Assembly (NCBI GenBank): GCA_043825875.1
Contig: JBDRRF010000023.1
Location: forward strand, 1 to 33,304
Origin: Pseudomonadota bacterium
Lineage (GTDB): Bacteria; Desulfobacterota; Desulfobacteria; Desulfobacterales; RPRI01
Direction: 5' to 3'
DNA: 33,304 nucleotides
Both the position numbers and the translations under genes were made by a program. Position 1 is the stretch's first letter. Each line of letters starts with the position of its first letter. A model generated the notes under the pieces. The model ran no database searches and was not told the origin of the DNA. It saw only the letters and a program-made list of their open reading frames with translations. Shown piece by piece: positions 8,001-17,118 of the stretch.

Positions 8001-11000
8001 ATAGGTTGATATGCCTGGCATGGGTGTTCCGTTGCCTTTATCTATAATTACTGTCAGAACACCGCCGCCGGTAGATACAGAAAAATTATTGCTTCCTCCT
8101 GCAACAATAGTAACCGTTTCCGAGAAGAATTGACTGCCAAGTACATCCGCCCGAAATTTGAATTGCCGGTCTGCAGGTAGATCAAAATACACATTACCGT
8201 TTTCATCGGTAGTTTTATATATTCCTAAATAAGCGCCGCTTTCATTAAACAAATAAACTTTCACTCCAGCTTCAGGCACACCGCCCTGGGTTATAAGCAA
8301 TGTTGCGGTTTCTTCGGCAATCTGAATGGTAGTACTCATCGATACGGGCGTTGTAATTGTTCCCGACCAGAATTGGGAGCTTAAATAATCCGCCCGGAAT
8401 TTGTAATTGCCGTCTGCAAAATCCGCTATATTAAAAGCCGCTTTGCCGTTTTCATCGGTAACCGCGCTTTTTCCTGTGTATGCTCCGGCTTCTGTAAAAG
8501 CATATACGGAAACACCGCCAAGATTTCTTCCTTTGCTGGTGTTCACATAAACAGCCACTTCATTGGAAAGTATACTGCCAACTGCTGCCAGGCGAACGCC
8601 GTTTAAATAAATATATTCAGCTATCATATCACCTGATTGGGTGGATTCACCAATCAGATTACCAAAACTGTCATAATGATAAATAACGGAGCCTGTATCC
8701 GTTTGTTTTATCATCCTCTGGCCATTGGCATTATAAGTATAGTTTGCCAGGACAGCACTGTTTTCGGAGGCCTGAATCAGCCGGTTATTCTGATTGTAAG
8801 TTAACGATTTTGAATCTATTGATGTAGTATTACCGTTGTCATCCAGCGTAAAGCTTTGGGGATTGGCACCGGTAATCTGAAACAGCCGGCTGGTGCCGGT
8901 TTCGTATGAATATGTATCTGTTTGTCCGCCAACTGTTTTTGTAAGACGATTTCCCGTCTTGTCATAGGTATAACCAATAGTGTCGTATGCGCCTGTGGCC
9001 GATGTCAAACGGTAAAGATCATCATAGCCGAAAATCTGGTTTTTTGCGGCATCCAGATTATCATTAATGGCTGTGATATTGCCGGGAGCATCTTTTGTAA
9101 AACCGACACTGTAAATGCTACCTGCAGAAATATCGGATAGCCTGTAAAGCTGGTCAAAGCCGCGGGTCTGGTTTATGCCGTTACCATAACTCAAACCGGA
9201 AAAAGGCCCGAATGGTAAGTAGTTGATGTTTTCGGCCAGGGTCCGGGTTATGCCGTCTTTGGTTGTAGTAACCCGGTTGACTCTGCCTGCCGGATCAAGT
9301 TCGTAGGAAACAGTTCTGCCGTCCGGATATGTCATCCCGGTCAGGTTACCGGCAGCATCATATGTGTAGGAGGTTATATAAAGCCTTGCACCGATTTCTT
9401 TTGTTTCGGAAGCAAGATTGCCTTTTTCATCATAGGCATAGTCATAATTGCCCGAAGGATCGCTCATTCCTGTCAGGCGGCCCTTACCGTTTGTGCCTTC
9501 ATCATAAGTATAGGTAACATTCTGGGCTGAATCCGGGTATACAATACCGGTCAAACGGTTCAGTATATCGTATATGTAAGTAGCTGTAACACCGTTGGCA
9601 TCGGTTTTGGAAATCAGGTTGCCGGATATATCATAAACATATGTCGAAACCCCTGTGTCCGGTGATACGCCTGAAACAAGACGCCCTAAATCATCGTAAG
9701 TATACTGGGTAATGCGGCTTTGGGCATCTGTAACTGTTTTAAGATTGTTGTTTAAGTCATAATCATAGGTAGTGATGACATCGCCGGGCTGGATTACCGA
9801 AGTAAGCCGGTTTAGAATGTCATAATCATAATTTGTAATTTTGTCTGCCGGGTCCTTTACCGATTCGATATTGCCACCGGCGAAATAACTGTACTCTGTA
9901 TAGGTGTTATCGGGGTTTATGACTTTCCAGAGTTTGCCGGGTTTTTGCGGGGACTGATAATCATAGCGCTGCCTGAAAACCCTTTGGGCTGAAGAATCAT
10001 AAATGCTTTGTTCCGTGCGGTTTCCCTGAGTGTCATAACCGTAGTACATGTAGTTGCCCAATGGATCAAGCATGCGGGTCAAGCGACCATAGGCTGCATC
10101 GTATTCAAAATTTGTGGCAACCCCGTTGGCAGCAATTATCTGCTCCGGTTCACCGGCGGTGTTGTAGTTATATGTTGTTACACTTCCGTCTGAGGTATTG
10201 GTAACTGTTTTGATACGTCCAAGCCCGTCATAGGTGAAAACGGTTATGTTACCATTTTCATCTGTGATTTGACCGGGTCTGCCCGCATTATCATAATTTG
10301 CATAAACAACCGTGCCAGCCAGCGGCCTGGTTACTGTGAGAAGATTACTTGCAGGCGAAGCATCGTCATAAGTAAAAATGGTGGTGTCCTGGCTGCCCGG
10401 AGCAGGGCCATCAATGGTCAGCACCTGTCCTTTAGAGTTGTAGGTGTAGGAAGTAATCGCTTCGTACGCAACTACCTGTCCGGCAGCGCCTTTGGTAAAA
10501 CCGCGTTCTATTTGCCGGTAAACAAGACGTGTTGGAGTTTCATTGGGAATGTCGTTTCCGTCATTGTCATAATCCCAGACAGTGACTTTATTGCCGCTGC
10601 CCAGCAGGCTCGGTTCGGTGCGGGTCAGTGGACGGTTCAGGACCGGATGCCACGTTTGGTAGATGGATTTCTCATCTATTGTTCCAACAGCCTGGGATGT
10701 TGTGCAAGGATTGCCACGGGTGTCAAAATCGGAAAATCGGTCTATCTGACCATTGGCGTATTCTAATTCTATGACATTGAGTTGGTCATCATATTCCAAA
10801 CGCACAGGTTCGTCAATACAACTGGAACAGCCAGCATCGCCAAAAACACTGATAATACGTTTTCGACCACCAATATAGGCGAAATTGTAAGTCTTTGAAG
10901 TTCCATAAGCGTCAGTCAAAATAACGGCATTGGACATAGTATTGTAGTCCATTGTCATACCGCGGCCGTCCCTGGTTTCGTTGAAATCACAGCGATCCTG

Positions 11001-12293
11001 ATCATCATAACCCCATCGGGATAAAAAGTGACCAGCCGCATTGGTTTTTTGGGTTAGGTTGTTGATAAACGGTACAACATCCGAATTATTGTTGTTGTCA
11101 TTATATTCATAGACAAAACCAGAACCGTCTGTAAAAGTGACCATAGTCAGGTTACTATTTTCATCATGACCGTATGTAACCTGAACGCCACAATCAACAC
11201 CATTTAAGAATAAACGGATACTGGAAAGCAAACCATTTGTGTATAAAATTTTAAGAGAGCGTCCGGTAGATTCATCCGTGACTGTATCAATCAATTTAGA
11301 ATTATTAGTATCATAGGTGATAATTTGACTATTTCCTAATGAATCCTGTATGCTAAGCAACTGAAAAGAGCTTTCGTCAAAGGTATAAATTGAACCATCC
11401 TGATGCTGCCATACATAGACTCCGTCACCAGTTGAAAGGCTTGTCCTTTCTTTAAAGAGTGCTCTAATTGACCCACTGGATATTATTTGCCTAAAATGTC
11501 GACCAAACCCGGTTTCATCAGTGATTACCAGTCGTTTTATATATGGGTCAGTTTGAGGTATCTCACTCAAAATAATATTATAGTTGTGGGTCCAACCATA
11601 TCCCATAGGGCTGATTGCTTCATTTTGACTATTGTAAAAACGTTTAAATTGAAGTCCATTGTTAAAAGGAGAATTGAAGTAAAGATCTCGCTCTGACTCA
11701 ATTTTGTTTCCGGAATAGATGGAAGTAGGGTTGCCTTTTTCAGAGATGTTATTGCATCGCAATTTAGGGTCTTTTTCATCTCTGCCAAAATCTAAATCAG
11801 GATATTCACATTCTTCTTTTATCATTTCTTCGGTTCTTACATCAACAAGCTCATTACTCCGATTTTCCCAAGTACATGATTGTCCCTCTACAGGTATTCC
11901 ACTATTCTTGCAAAATCCGCCGAAAGTTTCTGCATTATCTGGATTTACTATATAATGACCACATACATGTAGTTCGGTGTCTTTACATGCATAGCAGATA
12001 GCGGATTTGCCGGTGCTCGATATGCCAATCAACTCTTCTTTACAATTATATTCCTTAATATATTCACTGCCTGAAAAATAATGAGTCATTACTTTTCTGC
12101 CATCAGGATATGTACAACCACACACACTGAAGTTATTGACTATATTACTTCCTCCACAAATTGTTCCATCGGCATCAAAATATGTCCATCTAAAAACTTT
12201 TTCTGTAAATGCTACCGTATTCTCATCATATGCATAGCTAACGTTTACAAATATAAAGGAAACTAATAGAGCCAATAGTATATTTATTTTCAT
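5034..12293 (-). CDS. Rhs/YD-repeat polymorphic protein (signal peptide, Cys-rich N-domain, DUF6531-like region, YD shell, 11 inserted Ig-like repeats, Rhs core, variable tip)
   Basis: Sec signal [21 protein letters not shown]; GNP...FKRFYNS...GYGWTHNY; many YD repeats ([18 protein letters not shown]); core [37 protein letters not shown]; GGA-containing RBS upstream. Confidence 0.95.
   Translation of the reverse strand: [2419 protein letters not shown]
5860..8570 (-). repeat. Eleven tandem ~80-85 aa Ig/prealbumin-like (CnaB or carboxypeptidase-regulatory-like) coding repeats
   Basis: The motif Y(L/V)F...GxYxG....TD..G...F.LP...YK(F/V)RADY.G.Q(F/Y)WS recurs 11 times, with three alternating subtypes. 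Confidence 0.85.
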
Positions 12294-12365
12294 GTTTTTC
12301 TCCAGATTTCTATAAGCTTAGATGTAAAGTGATTTTGTACGTAGTTCTAAAACTTCCTTGTAATC

Positions 12366-12716
12366 TCAACACCTGTGTTGATACAATATTTGTAAGGTAT
12401 CAATGGTTTTGGATATTTTCGCACCGCTCTGATCAGCAACTACAATTTCAGCGCCTCCACATGCTCCTGTATCTGCAACAATACTATTTAATGCATCGGC
12501 AGTTCTGCTTCCAGGCAGGTTCATGCCGTTTGCTTTGACAGACCAGGTGTAAGGCGGTATTCCTCCTTCAACAGCAATTGTTGCCGTGCTGCCGGGTGTA
12601 ATTTCCGTCGGGTTTCCTGCTGAAAACTCAAGCGCAAATACAGCAGATGGAATAAAAACAAGTAACAGCAGAAAAATAACACTATAATGTAGTCTATACC
12701 GAGAATTGAGCAGCAT
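12366..12716 (-). CDS. Small secreted protein with one Ig-like domain, possibly a truncated alternative Rhs N-terminus
   Basis: GGAGG RBS 9 nt upstream; signal peptide ending ...SAVFA; GGIPPYTWSV motif; ends abruptly 72 nt before the rhs start. Confidence 0.6.
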   Translation of the reverse strand: MLLNSRYRLHYSVIFLLLLVFIPSAVFALEFSAGNPTEITPGSTATIAVEGGIPPYTWSVKANGMNLPGSRTADALNSIVADTGACGGAEIVVADQSGAKISKTIDTLQILYQHRC

Positions 12717-12760
12717 GTTTCATAACCTCCAAAATAAAGTACATAATTAAATACTTAATA

Positions 12761-12902
12761 GAGCCAGTTTCAAAACGCCCCATTTTGGCCGATCTCAGCG
12801 TTGGGCTAAAATTTCAATCCTCGAAATACTCAATGTATTCCTGTGGTTGAAATTTTCTCCCGCCTTGAGCTTGACCAAACTGAAACGTTTTGAAAGTGGC
12901 TC
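12761..12902. mobile_element. MITE, 142 bp, 17-bp TIRs, 4-bp target duplication AATA
   Basis: GAGCCAGTTTCAAAACG ... CGTTTTGAAAGTGGCTC (16/17 match). AATA at 12757-12760 and 12903-12906. A second copy is at 33164. Confidence 0.85.
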
Positions 12903-13629
12903 AATAGTTTTGGTGAAAGTCCAAAGAAGTCTGTAAAGCTATCTACAGGAATTTTGGCGATAGCAGAAATATAATTTGCATTTAAATTGCAGGGAATAAG
13001 CTGGGTGGTTAAAATAAGCAGATATGGAAATTCTCTCTTCATTTCGTGTCTCCTTAAAGTATAGCGGGCAGAGGCCGGAGCACAGAAGCAAGAAATCAGA
13101 AATTAGAGAGCAGTAATCAGCGTTCAGCAGCCGGCAACCATAAATTACTACAGCAAAAGCTTGATAAATCAACCGAATAGAGATTATAAATATTTCATGG
13201 TTAATTAGAAGAAGAATTTATTAAAATCAAATATTTTTTTACAATTTAGTAAAATTGTTTTCGCTGATCCGTTGGGTATTATTAGCAAAATTGGGGGCAT
13301 ACCTTGACAGCTTGTTGCCCGAATAACCATTTAGACTGGAATGTTTAGCGTCTGCATTTATTGAGCTAACAGAATTGGATTGTTTGCCATAAAACCAATA
13401 TTCTTAACAAACTTGTTTGCAACCGGAACATCATTTTGGCAAACGCTTTAATCTTTTTTTCAGAATAATGCTGATTATAAATTGCATTCACCAAGAATTT
13501 CTGAACGACTTTTCTAATTACTTGACTTGACATACTAATTCTGATAAAAGCGCCTAATAGATCTATCTAAAAAACTTGATGAAAAAATGAACGTTTTGTC
13601 CTGAGAAACACAAAATTGTGGAGACTTAC

Positions 13630-16302
13630 ATGAAGGATAAATACAGTACCGCTATTAGCATCAAGGACTATATCGACAATCTTCAAACATATAACGGCCT
13701 GCTTGATACAGATGGAACACTTCTGATGGCCAACCGGACAGCAATCGAAACATCCGGTTCATCTTATGACAATGTCATAGGAAAATATTTTCCTGATTCC
13801 TACTGGTGGTCTTATGATCCTCTTGCTAAAAAATGGGTTGAAGATGCTATTGAAAAGGCCAAAAAAGGCGAAACAGTCATCTCCGAAAGGCCTTTACGTT
13901 TTGGTTCTCACAATTTTATTTTTCAGTTAAGCTTTCGGCCTGTCTTTGATTATGATGGAAAGAAAGTTGAATATCTAGTAGCCGAAGGGCAGGATTTAAC
14001 TCATATTAAAAAAACGGAAAATGAGCTTAACAGATCATATAAGCTGATAAACTCTGTGCCGTATTTTACCGGAATTATCGATACTGACGGAAAACTTCAG
14101 ATAGTAAATACAAAAACATTAGATTATTTCAAATGTTCAAAAGAAGATTTAATTGGCCTGCCTTTCTGGGAATGCAGCTGGTTTACTGCCTCTTCAGTGT
14201 CTGTAAAAAAAATAAAAAAAGCCTTAAATACAGCCCTTCAGGGTAAGACAATCCAAACAGAAGTAAAAGTTACTACAAGTAATAATCTGAAAACTCCGGC
14301 ACAGTTTATTTTTGCTCCGCTAAATGATAATTCCGGTGCAAAAATAGGGGTCTCATTCGAAGCTATGATAATACCCGAAAGCAAGGCAAACGATGAATTG
14401 CCCTTAAATTCTGAAACAATGTATCTTGATCTTGTGACTCACATGAATGAGGGCCTTGTTATTACTGATGAGAAAAATAAATTTATTTTTATAAACCCCA
14501 GGTTTTGTAAAATGCTGGAATATACTCAGGAAGAACTTATGAGTATGAGAGGCAAAGATATACTGGATGACAAAAATTATAAGCTATTTGTTAAAGAAGC
14601 AGCTCTTCGGCGAACTAAAGGTAAAGTTGCACGATATGAACTCACATTTATCACAAAAACCGGACAAAAACGTCACTGCCTTTTATCTGCATTCCCTATT
14701 ATTGAAAACGGCTTGTACAAAGGAAGTAATATCACGGTAACTGATCTGACTGAGCTTAAGGAGAAAGAAGAAGCTCTGCAAAACTCTGAAATGATGTACC
14801 GCGACCTTGTAACATCAATGAATGAAGGATTAGCTATTACCGATGAAAAAGGTCGCTGCACTTTTGTTAATCCAAAACTATGTGAGATGACGGGATTTAG
14901 TGAAGATGAACTTACTTCCATGAAAAAAAATCGCAGATTGGATAAGCAAAGCCGTCTGTCACTTAGTAAAGAATGGGGAAAGCTGGTCACTGGTGAATCT
15001 TCAAAGCACGAAATTACAATCATTACTAAATCGGATAAAAAACTACGGGCGCTTATATCTGTATCACCTGTTATATTGAATGGAGAATTTAAAGGAACCA
15101 GAACAGTTGTTACGGATATTACAGAAATTAAAGAAATGGAACAAAAATTGTTGCAGGCTCAGAAGATGGAAGCCATAGGAGTGCTTGCCGGAGGTTTGGC
15201 GCATGATTTTAATAATATTCTCCAAACTATTTCAGGATACACCCAAATTCTACTTCTTAATAAAAAATCCGATAATCAAGAATTTAAAGATTTGAAAGCT
15301 ATTGAAGAAGTAACCCAAAAAGCAAGTTCTCTTACAAAGCAGCTTTTAATTTTCGCTCGCAAAAACGAAAGCCACCTAAAAGCAATAGATCTTAATAATG
15401 AAGTAAATAAAATTTCTGATATTTTATCAAGAACACTTCCTAAAATGATAAATATCGATGTGTCCCTGGCAGAAAAGCTTAAGCCTATCAACGCTGATCC
15501 GGTTCAGATCGAGCAAATTATTATAAATATAGGATTGAATGCCGCACATGCTATGCCTGATGGCGGCGAGCTTATGATTGAAACCAGAAACATAAGATCA
15601 AATGAAATATTTACTTGTACAGTTTTAGAACCAGATCAGAAAGATTATGTTGCCCTGAGTATATCTGACAACGGCATTGGCATGAACGAGGAAACACAGA
15701 AACATATATTTGAACCATTTTTTACAACCAAGGGACCCAAATATGGAACCGGCCTTGGCCTGGCAATGGTTTATGGTCTTGTCGAAAACCATAAAGGCCA
15801 TATTAAATGCTACAGCACCCCGGGGTATGGAACAGTTTTTACAATATATTTTCCTGCGATAAAGAGTGTACCCCCTAAGCCGGATATTTTAAAAATAGAA
15901 GAAATAAAAATATATACTGACAATGAAACTATTTTGCTGGTTGACGATGAAGAACCTTTGCGGAGGCTTGGCAATGAACTGCTTAAAAGGCAGGGCTTTT
16001 CTGTCTATGTAGCTGAAAGCGGAGAAAAAGCATTAGAAATATATAAAGAAAAAAAAGGAAGCATTGATCTTGTCATTCTTGATATCAGTATGCCGGGGAT
16101 GGGTGGATATCTGTGTTTTGAAGAACTTAAAAAAATAGACCCTGATATTAAAGTTATCATTGTGACCGGCTATTCTGATGATGGGAAAGTAAAAGAAATA
16201 ATAAAGTCGGGGGCAGCAGGATTTGTAGGAAAACCCTATCGATTAACAAACATATTAAATAAAATTCGAGAAATTTTAGATAGTAAAACAGATAAACAAT
16301 AA
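13630..16302 (+). CDS. Cytoplasmic PAS(x4)-HisKA-HATPase-REC hybrid sensor kinase
   Basis: H-box [17 protein letters not shown] and GTGLGL; receiver ILLVDDE...LVILDISMP...KP. GGAG RBS before the ATG at 13630 (ORF track 13618). Confidence 0.92.
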   Translation: MKDKYSTAISIKDYIDNLQTYNGLLDTDGTLLMANRTAIETSGSSYDNVIGKYFPDSYWWSYDPLAKKWVEDAIEKAKKGETVISERPLRFGSHNFIFQLSFRPVFDYDGKKVEYLVAEGQDLTHIKKTENELNRSYKLINSVPYFTGIIDTDGKLQIVNTKTLDYFKCSKEDLIGLPFWECSWFTASSVSVKKIKKALNTALQGKTIQTEVKVTTSNNLKTPAQFIFAPLNDNSGAKIGVSFEAMIIPESKANDELPLNSETMYLDLVTHMNEGLVITDEKNKFIFINPRFCKMLEYTQEELMSMRGKDILDDKNYKLFVKEAALRRTKGKVARYELTFITKTGQKRHCLLSAFPIIENGLYKGSNITVTDLTELKEKEEALQNSEMMYRDLVTSMNEGLAITDEKGRCTFVNPKLCEMTGFSEDELTSMKKNRRLDKQSRLSLSKEWGKLVTGESSKHEITIITKSDKKLRALISVSPVILNGEFKGTRTVVTDITEIKEMEQKLLQAQKMEAIGVLAGGLAHDFNNILQTISGYTQILLLNKKSDNQEFKDLKAIEEVTQKASSLTKQLLIFARKNESHLKAIDLNNEVNKISDILSRTLPKMINIDVSLAEKLKPINADPVQIEQIIINIGLNAAHAMPDGGELMIETRNIRSNEIFTCTVLEPDQKDYVALSISDNGIGMNEETQKHIFEPFFTTKGPKYGTGLGLAMVYGLVENHKGHIKCYSTPGYGTVFTIYFPAIKSVPPKPDILKIEEIKIYTDNETILLVDDEEPLRRLGNELLKRQGFSVYVAESGEKALEIYKEKKGSIDLVILDISMPGMGGYLCFEELKKIDPDIKVIIVTGYSDDGKVKEIIKSGAAGFVGKPYRLTNILNKIREILDSKTDKQ

Positions 16303-16312
16303 ATATAGTATG

Positions 16313-16936
16313 TTATATTGAAGGCTCTGTACCGGATAAAAGCCTTTTGATATTGTCTTTGTGCCGATAAAAAATAAATAAGGTAATAATTACAGCGCAA
16401 CCTGTCAGTAAAAAAGAATGTCCTTCAAACCATATTGCAAACGGAAGAACCAGAGAAGCTGATAAAGAGGCTGCAGCAACACGCCTGTAAAAAATCACAA
16501 CAAATATAAATACTGCAATGGCGATAAGAAAAGCAACCGGAGATGTTATCAGAAAACATCCGGCAGCAGTAGCTACACCCTTTCCCCCGTCTTTGAATTT
16601 CAGATAAATAGGATAAAGATGCCCCAAAAAAGAGGCTAAAATCACAATAGATATATAAAGCTCGCCATATGAGCCTTCAGATTCTAAAATGGAGCAAGCA
16701 AGATATACAGGAAATGCCCCCTTCAACATATCTCCTGCAAGAGTCAAAACTCCAAGTGTTTTTCCCGAAACCCTCATTACATTTGTTGCACCAATGTTTC
16801 CGCTGCCTTTTTTACGTATATCCACGGAGGAAAACTTGTTTGCAAGAATTAACCCGAAAGGAATGGAACCGAGCATATAAGCTCCTATGATAAGCCCTGT
16901 AAGTTTTAAAATATAAACGGCATCCATTACTTTCAT
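16313..16936 (-). CDS. plsY: Glycerol-3-phosphate acyltransferase PlsY
   Basis: Motifs GSIPFG, GSGNIGATN, DMLKG, GGKGVAT and HKDNIKRL. Confidence 0.95.
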   Translation of the reverse strand: MKVMDAVYILKLTGLIIGAYMLGSIPFGLILANKFSSVDIRKKGSGNIGATNVMRVSGKTLGVLTLAGDMLKGAFPVYLACSILESEGSYGELYISIVILASFLGHLYPIYLKFKDGGKGVATAAGCFLITSPVAFLIAIAVFIFVVIFYRRVAAASLSASLVLPFAIWFEGHSFLLTGCAVIITLFIFYRHKDNIKRLLSGTEPSI

Positions 16937-17118
16937 CTAAATTAAAAATTAAAAAAAAACAATGGTAAAGCTTGTTCCGCTTTCCTTTTACCTAATATAT
17001 TTTAAATAACGATATACTTTTTATTAATTCGCAAATTGTGATAATGTGCTACAAATAAAAATTTATAACGCAGCCAATTAACACTTATTAAGCCTATTGG
17101 GTTTGTTAGGAGTATTGT

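Noticed and set aside
12830..13042. 70-aa ORF with an AAGGAG RBS
   Set aside because: Its last third is MITE sequence. Removing the MITE leaves a ~49-aa peptide with no recognisable features, so it cannot be supported.
13062..13138. Degenerate 7-nt-period purine-rich tract and ORF 12939..13172
   Set aside because: Too degenerate to define units; the ORF looks like a translation of low-complexity intergenic DNA.
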